Shown here: in pieces, positions 38,403-51,675 of the stretch
Layout of the letters: each line of letters opens with the position of its first letter
How positions within the stretch are numbered: the stretch's first letter is position 1
DNA from: Callorhinchus milii
Lineage: Eukaryota
Direction: 5' to 3'
Length of the DNA: 64,000 nt
NCBI RefSeq assembly: GCF_018977255.1
Contig: NW_024704743.1
Span: forward strand, 12,650,001 to 12,714,000
Program-made: the position numbers and the translations under genes
The notes under the pieces: model-generated
What the model was told of the DNA's origin: nothing
Seen by the model: only the letters and a program-made list of their open reading frames with translations
Database searches by the model: none

Positions 38403-39160
38403 GCATTAACAAAGAGTCCTCAAATGACTCCAGTACTAACAGTGTGTGTTCCTGAGGAACATCATTATGTACATAATAAAGAAGTTGTGAGTGTGATTAA
38501 CTAGCCCACCCTTTCTTCCATTCATTTGGAAAAGGGGGGAGGGTGGTGGGGGGGTGAGGAAGGAGAAGAAAGTAAACTCCATTCTAATGTATTTTTAGGA
38601 ACTCAGTTCAATGCAGACATGTTAAAAGGAGTTCTCCCCGATGGAATGAAGTGAACTCGTGTTCCTTGTGAACACAAGTCCACGGTGCACACAGCTGGAA
38701 CTTCTATTAATGAGACAGATGTAGATTGGTGAAATATTCCAGTATTTGTAATGAGTAAAACAATGAGATGTTGTGATTAAATTCAGCGTTGAGTTCTAAT
38801 GTGCCCTCGAAGATTTAGCCTTCAAAGGCGAAGCAGCAGATGCACTAAGTACAACAAGAAGGCACAATGCAAATCAATCACTAATGTGCTGAAGATTAGC
38901 CGCTTGTCCTTTAGTAATGAGCTTAATGGCTGTAACATTGGTGGTGAGGAGTGGAAAAACATCAGCTGCCAAATAATGCTCAACCTCTGACAATGCAAAC
39001 CCCCCACACCAGCACTGCATTGAAACTTAGTGAAGAAAGGTGTGAGGCAAAACCTCATTGGCTATTAAACAAAATTTCCTCGACCAAGGAGACAGGGGCT
39101 TCCTGGGAGGAGATAATGAACCCTATAAATCTCACAGAGCATAATAACAATATATGAGTT

Positions 39161-39439
39161 ATTGTAATCCTTGCATTTGATATAGCGCTTTTCACGTCTT
39201 CTAGACGTCTCAAAGCGCTTCACAGAATATACTGTAAAGTGAATTGACTGTATATTTGTGGGCGAACGCGGCAGCCAATTGCGTACAGCAAAGTCCCACA
39301 AACAGTCGTAGATTGAAAATGACGAATTTATTATTGTTTTTTTTGTTTTGGAGGGATTATTATTAGGCGTGTGGAGTAAGGAAACTTGCCCAAGGTTTTG
39401 CCCTGTCTGGAATTGAACTCAGGTCTCTCGCTTGCAAGG
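39161..39439 (-). mobile_element. Young tRNA-derived SINE (short variant), head truncated
   Basis: Same body; stops within the tRNA anticodon arm. Confidence 0.9.
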
Positions 39440-39771
39440 GATCAGTGGGAGTGTCAGAGAGATTCAATGATATAATAGAAGCAAGAAAGAGAAGACAAGG
39501 AGTTTCCCAACAAGCCCTGAGCTCACTGAGGAGCCAGGCTGATTGCTGGCAACATTGCAGTGATTCCTCTCAATAATAAAAATCTCATCATTTAGATGAA
39601 TTTCAGGACTGATAAACAAGTAAATAAATTAAGTATAGACACAAAAGAAGTTATGAAACTGAAGATCCATACAGTACAGGAATGTGTTAGCAGAAAGGCA
39701 AAGTAGGGAGAGGGATGTAAAGACTACGATTAGCCAAATTTTGCACCTGCTGGCTGGTTTGAATAGCCTTA

Positions 39772-40232
39772 CAATAATAATCCTTGAACTTGATATAGCG
39801 CCTCATCACATTGTTGAGACATCTCAAAGCACTTCACTGAATGTATTGTAAAGCAGATTGACTGTGTATTTTGTGTGTGAAACACAGCAGCCAGTTTGCA
39901 CACAGCAGTGTTCCACAATCAGGTAACACATTCCCCAACTAAAATTGGTCACTCAATGGAGTGAGGATGTGTTGCCCACAACATTGGAAGAAACTCCCTT
40001 CTCTTTTTGAATAGTGCCACGGGATCTTTGACGACCACCTGAACAGGCAGACAGGAGCTCAGTTGTATCTTCTTATCCAACGGATGGCACCTCTGACAAT
40101 GCAACCCCCTCCACACCAGCACTGCATTGAAATGTCATCTTAGATTATGTGATTCCAAGTCCCAATGTCAGGCTTGAACCCAGAAAATTCTGACTCGGAG
40201 GCAAGAGTGCTACCACTGAGCCATGCTGACAC
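39772..40232 (-). mobile_element. Deu-domain tRNA SINE, full length
   Basis: Reverse complement of the 24413 type: head ...tgactcggaggcaagagtgctaccactgagccatgctgacac and core gccacgggatctttgacgaccacctgaacaggcagac. Confidence 0.8.
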
Positions 40233-41892
40233 AATATGATTATGCGTTATTAGATCCCATGTTGTAAAGCATTCACAGAATGTGCATTGGTGTTCATTTG
40301 ACTGTACATTTCATGAGCGCATGGTTCCAAAACATCATTTGCTCTAAAACGTTAACATCCTACTTAGTAGCCCCACCCAAAAAAAAATATTATTTATTTA
40401 TTACTTATTATTATACCAAATGGTCACTCAATCCACAACCGAAAAGTATATTCTGAGAAGCGCTTTGAGATGTCTCGAAGACGTGATATGGCGCTATATA
40501 TACCAAATGGAATGATTATTATTATTACCTTTCACAACCTTTTACCCGTGCTTGGAAGTTATGAGAAGCAGCTTTCCCTCTGGCCATCAAAGGGTAGTCA
40601 GCTCTCCAGTACAAGATATGGCACGCATTGTTTGAAATGCTGGCACCTCTGCCAGTTATGCAGCTGCGCCCACAGACCAAAATCTACTGCAATACGGACG
40701 ACGTCACAGTCTAGAGCATCTGTTCAGCCAGATTTTGTCCACACATGGGGCAAAAGAATCCTCTCAGGAACACTCACAGGGAAACCAGCCATCTCCAGAT
40801 GAGGAGGAAGGTCACAGCATCTTACAAAGCCATCATTCTTATGAAAAAAATCCAGAAGCTGAAGGAGGCAGGGAACATGAAGATTTCAAAACCAGACACC
40901 ATGAAATCAGATTCCTCAGATATGAAATGTACTGTATGGACTACAATAGCTCTACCTGAGGGATCACAAACACCCAGGCAGGGTTTTAAAGGGGTGACCA
41001 CACTGGATCGTTTCCTTGCCACAAGAAGCTGCAATGAGCTGTTGATGATAGCAGAGGACCAGCACCAGAGGAAATCTACAGGAACACGACTTTTCTTGTT
41101 AAATTGTGCTCTTATGCTCCTTCATTTTTGTAAATTGTGATCATCTTCATCAAAAAGTTTAGTGCACTCTGTTTAGGGCGGAGGAATCAGAAGAGTGATT
41201 GGTCATGTCCATGGTGATATTGCATACAAATGATGCAAAGATGAGTTTTCTGCAGGTTTTCTTCATTGTTTTGGGGATTTGAATGAAGACAATGCCTCCT
41301 TAAACAATTCATTCACCTTGTTTAATATGAGCCATTCTTTTAATAGAAATAAATATCAGATTGGTTCATAGATCACCAGGTTCGGTCATTTAAATCCCAC
41401 CTTGATTGGTGATTGGGATAAAAGTCCTCTTCTATTAACATAACATTTTAGAATATGCAGAATTTGACAAATTGCTTAATTCAGTCTTAACTTTGAATAT
41501 TTTTTCTAGTTATTTAAAGAGCTTAATGAGACCGGTTTCAAAATCAAGGCAGAATTTAAAAAATTTCCAAATTCTGGACACCTCAAAATGTTAAACAACC
41601 AAAATAAATATGTTTTATACACAATTTCTACCCTATAGTGGTCACCATCGAGGTTAATGATGACTTTGTGCAGTGCTCTGGGTCTCAACTTATATGAGGG
41701 GTTATTTGCATTGTTCACAAAAAATAGTTATCTTTTTGGTAATGAGATTTCCATTTATAAAGAAGTTGTTAACAATCTCTCTTTTTTAAACAATCAACAT
41801 AAGTAAGCATCCATTGTTTACAAAAGTGCTGAAATGGTGCTTTTGGTCAGCCAAGTGTCTCACACATGCAGAAACCCATCACCATGCTAAAG

Positions 41893-42270
41893 AACAACAA
41901 CAAAATTACATTTGTATAGTGCCTTTCACGTTGGGAGGACATTTCAAGGTGCTGGACAGATAGAGTTTCAGACCCGAGCTCGGGGTTGGGAAGGGTGGAG
42001 GGCAGGAGGGAAACAGGGAGATCAAAAGCACGGTCAAAGAGGAGGGTCTTGAGATGTTTGTTGAAGGTGGCAAGGGAGGTGGTGAGGTGAAGGGGCTGTG
42101 GGATAGAGTTCCAGAGGGTAGAGGCAGAGTAGCAGAAGGCCCGCCCACCAATAGTAGGGCGAGCGAGGTGGGGGACGTGAAGCAGGCTGTAGCCTGCTGA
42201 GCGGAGGAAGCGAGCTGGATGGTAAGGTGTTAGCAGGTCGCAGAGGTAGGGGGCAGGAAGACCATGGATA
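41893..42270 (-). mobile_element. L2 LINE 3' fragment
   Basis: (CAA)n, then catttgtatagtgcctttcacgttgggaggac, then L2 3' UTR and ORF end. Confidence 0.85.
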
Positions 42271-43162
42271 GCATTCTTCTAAGGAAGCATAAAAACCTAG
42301 AAATCTACAGTGTAGAAGGAGGCCTTTTGGCCTGTCACGTCTGCCCCGGCTTACAGAGCAAGGAGATCAATTCAATTCCCTTTCACCACCCTGCCTTATC
42401 TCCACAGCCCTTCCAGCACCTCTCTTTCATATGCCTTTCATAAGAGTAACTAAATCAAACAGTTTCATAATTGCTTGGAAGTGTCCTGCATTGATTTTGT
42501 GTCACATCACTACTATGAATATCTGTGAGTAGTTTAGTTTTATTGGGATAAGTGTGCTTGGAAGGAGCAAGTGGTGCAGGAGTTATTAACTGCAGTGACC
42601 TTCATGGATACTGGTCACGCAGGGTAATTATAGCATCAGTCCACTGAGCCTAACTAGCCTTAAACATTCCCTTTCCAAAGGTAGCAGATAATTAAGGCAA
42701 TAATGAACTTTAGACAGCATGTGTTTGCGACATTTGATTTCCAAGAGAAAAAATAATCTAAATAAGTAAATCACTCTTGGAATAAATAGTTCTGCTGCCA
42801 AACCATCAAATCCTGAAGATAAATTGCTTTTAACTGGTAAAGCTGGTTCTTCAATTCAAATCACTGATGCATGAGATCAATCTCTGCAATCTGTAACTGT
42901 AATTAAGCACACAGCACATTCGATAAATGTTTATTTTTTTAACTTCAATAATTGATCAAATAATAATTTTGGTCAAAAAATTGCTTAAAAGCAACATTGC
43001 TATGCTGAGGTGTGAGGGGTGATATTATCCACAGGGTGGTTATACTGCAACAAAAATACTCAATGTAAAGGGTTCCCTCCAAGCTTCGCATCCTTAAATT
43101 TGTTCCCAGATAGGAGATAATCATGTTTTAAAACAATCTTTGTCCCATCGCTGTAGAACTAG

Positions 43163-43480
43163 TGTGGAGTCCTGTAGTGTATTGGTTAGAGACCTCGCCT
43201 CACAAGCGAGAGGACCTGGGTTCGATTCTCGGGCAGGACGAAATGTTAGGCAACTTTTCTTACTCCAAACACCTCTGTTTACCTAGCAGTAAGTAGGAAC
43301 CCGGTTGTTGGTTGATTGGCAAATCGCTTTCCGGGGTAATAGTCCTTTAAAAAATAACAATAATTTGGCCATTCCATCCACTGCTGTGCACAATTGGCGC
43401 ACAAATTATTGTCCATTCACTTGACAGTATATTCTACGAAGACGTCTCAATGATGTGATAAGGCAAGGATGTTCATTATA
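43163..43480 (+). mobile_element. tRNA-derived SINE, older long variant with an extra central segment
   Basis: Head gtggagtcctgtagtgtattggttagag...gggttcgattctc; extra segment cacctctgtttacctagcagtaagtaggaacccggttgttgg. Confidence 0.8.
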
Positions 43481-43726
43481 ACCATGGAACCGTAAACATT
43501 TACAGCATAGAAGAAGGCCACTTGGCCCATTTTCTCCCTCAAGTACAAACCTTTCAGCCCTGGTTACCTGCCCTTTCCCCCATAGCTCCCTATTTTTAAC
43601 CCCTCCCTTGGTGAATCTTGATGCTAATAGGAAGCTGAGGAAATCCTACAGTCTGTACAACTTACCCATTTCCTTGTTTCTTTCAAGGCCCACCTCAAGA
43701 CCTTCCTTTCTCTTTGACAGCACTTT

Positions 43727-44042
43727 GTGGAGTCCTGCAGCTCAGTGGTTAGAGCACTCGTTTTGCAAGTGAGAGACCTGAGTTCAATTCCAGGCAGAGG
43801 GCGAAACCTTGGGCAAGTTTCCTTACTCCACACGCCTAATAATAATCCCTCCACAACCAAAAACAATAATAAATTGGTTATTTTCAATCTACGACTGTGG
43901 AACATTGCTGTGCGCAATTGGCTGCTGCGTTCGCCCACAAATATACAGTCAATTCACTTTACAGTGTGTTCTGTGAAGCGCTTTGGGACATCCTCCTGAC
44001 GTGAAAAGCGCTATATCAAATGCAAGGATTATTATTATTATT
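43727..44042 (+). mobile_element. Young tRNA-derived SINE (short variant), full length
   Basis: A-box AGCTCAGTGG, B-box GAGTTCAATTCC and (ATT)n tail. Confidence 0.92.
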
Positions 44043-44507
44043 GCCTAGTGCCTGGATGTACAGGCCGGCAGCCCTGACCTACAGCACTTAAATTTCACAG
44101 CTCAAGGAAGTTGACAATGATTTTACTTAAAAAGAAAGCTAGAGCTGGTATAATCTTTCCTCATACTTGGACTTCTCGCTGATTTATATCATTTTAATAA
44201 GTCAGCAGGAGAAGCTGCTGAGAATCATGTTTTCTCTGCTATATGAAAGTAATGACTCATTTAAATTACACCCCTCTTCTAGCTTTATGATTAATAATAC
44301 AGTAGGAAAAACAATAGTGTTTTTCTTCTGCTAAAGCAATACAGTCTCCATTGGAGCATTATATGGAAAGAGCCTGATTATCTGGAGACTAACTGATGTC
44401 CATTTAGTAGTAGGAGATAAGATGTAGCATTGCATTTCAACGTCATTGGATAGTGATCAGGAACAAGGTGAACTCTTTCTCTCTCTTTCCCCAGCCTAGG
44501 GTCGCTA

Positions 44508-44745
44508 AATAAATAATATTCCTGGCATTTGATACAGTGCCTAATCACGTCTCAAAGCGCTTCACAGCATACACTGTAAAGTGAATTGACTGTATTTTGT
44601 GGGTGAAACGTGGCAGCCTATTGCGGACAGCAGTGTCCCATAAAAGTCATGGATTGAATGACCAAATTATTATTTTTAAAAAATTGAGGGATTATTACCC
44701 TCAGAAAGTGATCCGCCAATCGACTAACAACTTATTGCTAAGTAA
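44508..44745 (-). mobile_element. SINE long variant, 5'-truncated
   Basis: Tail and body as in other copies, followed by gattattaccctcagaaagtgatccgccaatc from the long-variant segment. Confidence 0.7.
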
Positions 44746-45762
44746 GTAGCACCTCTACTGCTGCTCAGACCTAGTTCTGCTAACTCAGCATAGACCAGCA
44801 TAGAAATTACCTTTCACAACACTGAATCTATGCTGTATTGTCCTGTGTTACAGCTGACGTGATTCTTTCCTCGAGAGAGTCAGGACATTCACCTTCTTTT
44901 ACAAGTGGCATACAGCACAAACAAGCTTCACATAAACCAATGGACTGGGGAAATAACGTAAGCAAACTAAAGTCATGAAATATGCACAGCATTTTAAGAG
45001 AAGGGTGGTTTAAAAAAATGAAAACTCTTCTTATTCCAACATAAACATATGGTGGTGATATGAACTGCCTATGTCCCTCTACCTCATCCTTCCTTGTTTG
45101 CAGAACTTGCCTAGAAACCTCTCTCTTTGACTGTCCTTTGGCCATTTCACAGTGACTGCCCCTTGCCCTCATCTCCTTCCTAACCGGGCTCCCATTCTGT
45201 CTTTATAAAGCTCTGTGTGATTTTCTCCTGTGTGAAAGGCCCTACATAATTACAAGTTGTTGTTATACATTGTGTAAAATGTAGTAATGTAATCAGGTGA
45301 ACAGGTCTGCAGGGTAGAGACAGCAAATGCATTATTTATATAATAAACCTCACTGGTACCTGTTATTTACAATTTATAGAATGCTTTCCAGTTAGGGTAT
45401 GATTTTTAATCAGTTGTATTCACTTCTGGGCAGCACCAGCTGTAAGTGTGAATGGCTGATGTCAGAACTTGTCACAATGTCTAGATTACTGACGTAGTAG
45501 GAGGTTAACACTGAAATTAACCAGTACAATGCCAATGGTTGAGGTTGAACAAGTAATTTGCAGCCCATTAGAAATTGGAAAATTATTGATGGCTTAAAAT
45601 TTGTTATTTACAATTTGTTTGACAAATAGCAACTCCCAAGTCAAAGTATTGACAGTGCGAAATAGTGCAACACAATCTATCTCTGAAGCAGCGCTCCTGT
45701 GGTTCAGAATGATGTATTACTAGTTATTACAGTACTTACTAATTGTGACTTGGAACTAACTA

Positions 45763-46043
45763 CAGTAGAACCCTGTTATAAGGTACCCCTTTAACGCTGC
45801 TTAAGAGCAAGTACTCGGTGGACCTGCCAGCTTCCTGCTTGCTGGAAAAATGGCTGTCCTGATTATCAAGTTGATGCTGATGTCACTTGCTGTATGTGTT
45901 GTATGCAGGAAGTGATGTTGGCGGCGACCTAGTGACCCAGAAGTTAGCCATTTTTAGCTTGGGAAGCCAGATGGCTTTCTGCACTCCTGCACTATGGAGG
46001 CTGAAACACTGATTAGCCACTGCCTTATAATGGGAGTCTGCTG
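45763..46043. mobile_element. Tigger/pogo-like MITE, diverged
   Basis: Left end TA/CAGTAGAACCCTGTTATAAGG; right end CCTTATAATGGGAGTCTGCTG is an imperfect inverted repeat of it. Confidence 0.6.
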
Positions 46044-46869
46044 AAATTTTCAAATGTCATATTTTAGATCAGAAAACAATTAATAGATAATTCTGTTATT
46101 GAGTTATGATTCTGGAAATCAATGTAACTTTTAAAATCAGGCATAATGAAACTGTGACATTTGTATGACAGAACATGTGTGATGTTCAAAAGCACAGAAA
46201 TTCTTCAATATCAATGCAGGTCCAGGTCATGTCATTTTGCAGGTGTATTTATTTTATCTTCAAAAGTTATGAATAGTGCACAGAATACAACTCTTTGATT
46301 CAGTTTTAAGATGCTGCAACTCACTCAGTGAACTATTATACAATCAGTTAACTCCTGCTGTGCTGAAGGAAGGGAAGAAAATATTGCTGTCTGTCCAACG
46401 GCTGTTCTGCAACACTAGGTCAGAACAATAGCTGTGCTCACTGCTGCCTTCTAATGGGGAAGTAAATCCTTCCTGACACTTCACAATTAATCCCACACGA
46501 GCGTGAAGTTTCAATCCGGAATCACTGTGCAGTGGCCAATTTTCATTGGGCACATAATATTAGGACATTGGACAGATGGGGCTCATAACACACCATACGA
46601 GAGAGCAGGCAAAGCTAAAGAGTTCAGACAGGATATGTAAAATGATGGCATTATCCCACTTAACAGTTTTTTAATATCTCTCCAGCTCAGCATCAAACCA
46701 CATCACTGTTAAACACTCCGGGGCATTATTCATGTGAAGGGCGCTAAAAAATGTAAGGTGCTGTTTTAGTAATCTCCTCATTACAACTATATTCTGGAAC
46801 TATACTACTGAGCTCCTAAAAAAATCTGAATGTTCCTCTTATTGTGCCTTGAAGCCAATAAGAAAGAAC

Positions 46870-47270
46870 TTAAAATTTTCCAGCACCTTATGATTTCTTA
46901 CAAAGTTTAAATAGTTACCGTTGAGTGTGGTGACAGTTACTGTAGCCAAATAAGGCATCCGTTTCTCGTACAGGTGAAGTCCCAAAAGCAGTCATGAAGT
47001 GAGGGGCCGATTAAGAGGATTGTTGTTCAACACATTGGAGAGAAACTCCCTTCTCTTTTTTAATATATGAATCAGATCTTTAATGTTTATCTGAAGAACA
47101 GACAGATGGGACCTTTGTTTATATCTGGTCCAAAAGACTGCACCTCCAATGCTCTTCCTCTCACCTCAGAAGTGCACACAGATATCAGCCTTGACTGTGA
47201 GTTTAAGTGGGGTAGGATCCATAGTCTTCTGACCCGAAAGTGAGAATGCTACTAACTGAGCCAAGCTGGT
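46870..47270 (-). mobile_element. Old Deu-domain SINE
   Basis: ggagagaaactcccttctc...cagatctttaatgtttatctgaa...ttctgacccgaaagtgagaatgctactaactgagccaagctg. Confidence 0.65.
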
Positions 47271-47727
47271 ACCTAGGACAGCAACTAGCTCACTGAGTAC
47301 AAGAGAATACCTGGTAAGTGCAAAACAAATTGCATAAAATGACTTAGACATTTACTAGGATATTCTCTTTATTTCAACACATTTATTGTTCACAGATACG
47401 AGAGCACAAGTAGATCACATTGTAATATGAAAGTGATTACTAGAGAGAATTTGTTTTGCCGCTTAAAGCCACCTATATTTCAGCAGCAATCGTAGTTCAA
47501 AATAACACAGACACCACAATCTATTTTGTAGTATTCTCAACGTCAAACACAACTAGTTTCACATAACCTGTTCGTGTAGCAGTAAGAAAAAGTAATCTGG
47601 AGGTCAGACTTCAAGTGCCAGGGCTAGCAGACACTAAAATCTGGCAGTTTTTGCTTACTAAGACTTGACGGGGCTCAGCTCTGCTGCTTATCCAAGTATA
47701 GCCTTTTCTCTCAGCTTGTGGGCTGGA

Positions 47728-48050
47728 AATAATAATAATAATCCTTGCATTTGATATAGCGCTTTTCACGTCGGGAGGATGTCCCAAAGCGCTTCACAGA
47801 ACACACTGTAAAGTGAATTGACTGTATATTTGTGGGGAAACGCGGCAGCCAATTGCGCACAGCAATGTCCCACAAACAGTTGTAGATTGAAAATGACCAA
47901 TTTATTATTGTTTTTGGTTTTGGAGGGATTATTATTAGGCTCTGTGTGGAGTAAGGAAACTTGCCCAAGGTTTCGCCCTCTGCTTGGAATTGAACTCAGG
48001 TCTCTCACTTGCAAAGCGAGTGCTCTAACCACTGAGCTACAGGACTCCAC
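47728..48050 (-). mobile_element. Young tRNA-derived SINE (short variant), full length
   Basis: Near-identical to the other young copies. Confidence 0.92.
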
Positions 48051-48644
48051 AATGATTGTTTGTGGAGAACAAGTAAATGGCAGAGTGACATTGAAAGAAT
48101 GACAATGCTTCTCGGATTTCTAGAACCGAGCAGCTTCATTACTACAATATTCTGCCTAAATGGAAATACATTGTATCTTCTAAACTTTTGAACCAGCTCT
48201 ATGATCCTTTCCTGTTCTCCACTTTCCTATGTTCCCATGAGAGATTCGACTCTTAATCACCACAGAGTTTGGAAAGAAGAATATTTTTTGGACTCTGCCG
48301 ACTTAACTCAAATGTTAAGGTTATGCCGTGTCATCCTGGATTTATTTACAGTAAAGAATCATTCCCTATATACTTTGCATCAATGGCTTTCATCATTTTG
48401 AACACCTCAATCAGATCACCTATCAATTCCTAAACTCCGATGAAAACAATTCCAATTTTCTCAGTCTCGCACCATAGTTAAATTGGAGCATCCAGGATGC
48501 ACTTCCAAAGCCTTTACATTTTCCCCAAACCATGATGCACTACTGAAAATCAAATCCAACACACATTCCTTACGGTTATTCTCTATACCTCTTGTGATCA
48601 AACCCAGTATTCCATTTGCCTTTCTTTTTGGTTTATACAGTTCC

Positions 48645-49281
48645 TCCACAACATTGCCCGGCTCCGTCACTGCCTCATCCCTCAGGCTGCCAAAACCCTC
48701 ATCCACTCATTCATCACATCTAGGCTTGACTACGTCAACTCCCTGTTTGTTGGCCTTCCCATCTCTTCTCTCCACAAGCTCCAGATCATCCAGAACTGAT
48801 GCAGCTTGTGTTCTCTCCTGCACCAGGCTCTGTGAACCCATCACCCCCACCCAGCTTCAGTGGCTCCCCATCCCCCAGAGAATAGAGTTCAAAATCCTTG
48901 TCCTCACCTTCAAGGCTCTCCACGGAATTGCTCCTCCCTACATTTGCAACCTGCTGAGGCCATATCAACCTGTCTGCTCCCTCTGCTCAGCAGGCTCTGG
49001 CCTGCTCCACTTACCCTGTCCGGCCTGCTCTATCATCAGCGGCCAGGCCTTCAGCCTTTCTGCCCCCACGATATAGAACTCCATCTCACATTCCCTTCAC
49101 CTTGTTCCCTCCCTTGCCTCCTTCAATGCACATCTCAAATCCCTCCTCTTTGACCCGAGCCTTGGGCCACCCTCCTCCCCGATCCTGATCCCCAGCTCAA
49201 GTCCAAATCCCTGACTGTCCAGTGTCTTGGGATATCCTCCTGACGTGAAAGGCGCTATACAAATGTAATTTGTATTGTATT
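48645..49281 (+). mobile_element. L2 LINE 3' fragment inserted in an old minus-strand CR1 remnant (about 48170-49460)
   Basis: SRLDYVNSL and LQWLPIPQRIEFKILVLTFKALHG; L2 tail gtgaaaggcgctatacaaatg. The flank carries a CR1 remnant (KANGILGLI). Confidence 0.85.
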
Positions 49282-50261
49282 GAACTTGCTTTTAATGACT
49301 ATGTACCTGGATCTCTAAATTCATAAATTCCTCCCAGTGCCTCCTCATTTAGCAAAATTCTGTTTTGCCATTCCTATCGCCAGAGTGCACCACTTCAAAT
49401 GTTTGTAACAATGAACTGCATCTGCCATTATTGCACATATCTGCTTAATCTATCTATGTCCTTATGTAAAAGAAAACCTTATTGTTAGTGAATGTAAAAG
49501 TGGTAGCCGATTTATACGAAGATCACATGTTAACGTTACCTTTTCAGCTCTACTTAACATAAAAGGGGGCAGTAAGCACCCACATGGGTTGAATAACAAA
49601 ACCACTGAGACTACAGCTTTTACAACATTAACTTGGCTTTACCAGAACTGGCTACCAACCAACAAGTCTCCTTTTTGTGCATCAAAAATATGTAGTAAGG
49701 TTTGATCACAAGCAACTGTCGAGGAAAGAGGCAATGGAAATTGTGATAAATTATTAAGAATCAATGCAATTGAGCCCTCAAAAACATGACACTTAAGTTA
49801 TCAGAAGTAATGCTGTACAGGAGTACCGCTGATCTGTTGGAGACTTGGCCACCTTTCTAAATCTCTACGCCATAAAGCCAGGGAAGAAGCGAGGCGAAGG
49901 GAATGTGAGATGGAGTTCTATGTCATGGGGGCAGAAAGGCCTCACTCCAAAATTACATCTGGACATAAACTAGAAACATTCAATAACAGTTTTTTTTAAA
50001 AAATCACAAAATGACCAGTTTCTGTGTGTTAAGAGATGCCGAACATTGGAGCATCACATGTGACACTGCAAAACAACAGTATGCAGGTTCAATCTCACGT
50101 GTCAATATCAACCTTGACCTCACACATTGTCCACAGATTTCTATAACAGAGATGTACATCACACCTGTATACAAGTCATTTTTCTCTGAATCTGAGTTCT
50201 GGTTATATAAAAGGTTTCTTTATTTCAGGGATCCTGGTTCAAACTTGCAAGAAATATTTAC

Positions 50262-50426
50262 CTGCAGACGTCTGTTTAAACTTTTCACTTTTCTTCTTCC
50301 TCCATTTCCACGGTTTAAACAATCTCCCTAACGTTGCAAACTTGCTTCTTCTCCTAATGGGTGGAGTGTGAGTCCCAGGGACCAGCGATTCTGAACGCAT
50401 GGCAGCCAGTCTCTCTACTTCTTCAG
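50262..50426 (-). CDS. PHACTR1: PHACTR1 coding exon, 165 nt, phase 1-1, with basic KWRKKK segment
   Basis: cttctcaatccAG acceptor and CAG/GTAAAT donor. Encodes [55 protein letters not shown], nearly identical to recalled mammalian PHACTR1. Confidence 0.97.
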
Positions 50427-50949
50427 CTGGATTGAGAAGAGAAATGGAAGGTGAAATAGCAGAATGCCCATGTGTGACATGGCGTGCTTTCAGTTATATC
50501 AAATACTTGTATTTTAATGTAAAATTTAAGCAAAATGCAAACTTCAACAAATATATTGTTTATCATAACCAAATAAATCCTTGATTAGAACATTTTAATA
50601 GTAAAACCTGCTTCAGTGGGCAACATGTATAGTGTCTTTTGGTCTTACTTGTGGATTGGTGCCACTTTACAGTGAAGGTTCCCTTTGTGGTTTCAATCAA
50701 CCGCTCTCTCTCACACACACACACACACAGCTACTTTAACTCTATCCAATCCTATGCTATTGCTTCCTTACATATGGAACTTCAATAGTGTTGGTGCTTT
50801 CCCATTGTCCTGCTGCCTCCTGAAAACTATCAGAGCATTTACCTTTATTCTGCAAAATAACATTTCCTTAAATATCTGTGTTAAACATAAAATTAATTGC
50901 TTGGTGCCCAAGTTCCCTTCAATGGAATTTGGGTGCCAGTGTTGTTTTT

Positions 50950-51278
50950 ATAATAATAATAATAATAATCCTTGCATTTGATATAGCGCTTTTCACATCG
51001 GGAGGATGTCCCAAAGCGCTTCACAGAATATACTGTAAAGTGAATTGACTGTATATTTGTGGGCGAACGCGGCAGCCAATTGCGCACAGCAATGTCCCAC
51101 AAACAGTCGTAGATTGAAAATGACCAATTTTATTATATTGTTTTTGGTTTTTGGAGGGATTATTATTAGGCGTGTGGAGTAAGGAAACTTGCCCAAGGTT
51201 TCGCCCTCTGCCTGGAATTGAACTCAGGTCTCTCGCTTGCAAAGCGAGTGCTCTAACCACTGAGCTACAGGACTCCAC
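50950..51278 (-). mobile_element. Young tRNA-derived SINE (short variant), full length
   Basis: Intact head and (ATT)n tail. Confidence 0.92.
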
Positions 51279-51675
51279 AATTGAACTAGCAGCACAACTG
51301 CATCAGATCAGCAACCCAGACAGATCCAAAGGCACAGTTTGCTTTATTTTCACATTATAGCTGGAAGTGCAAAATCACATTTTTTTTACAAATGGAAATA
51401 TGGATGTGCTGCTAGGTACCCAACAGTGTTGTTTCAGGTATAGAAGTACTTGAGTTGATAATTGGGATCAGGCTAATGGAGAATAGAATCATTTCATTGA
51501 AACCACCCACAGTGCGCAGTGACCCTGATGGAGCATCAAGAGAGCTCCTGCAGCTTCATAATACTGAACTGTACGTTATTAACTTGGTTTAAAAAAAAGT
51601 AAGGATTAAAACATTAGGCAGCATTTGGGCAAATTGTTTGCTATTAAAGCACAATTAGCAATTCTATTGTAGATA

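Noticed and set aside
44420..44810. Possible ancient SINE remnants here and at about 35040-35340 and 41350-41430
   Set aside because: Resemblance to ancient vertebrate SINEs is too weak to name without an alignment.
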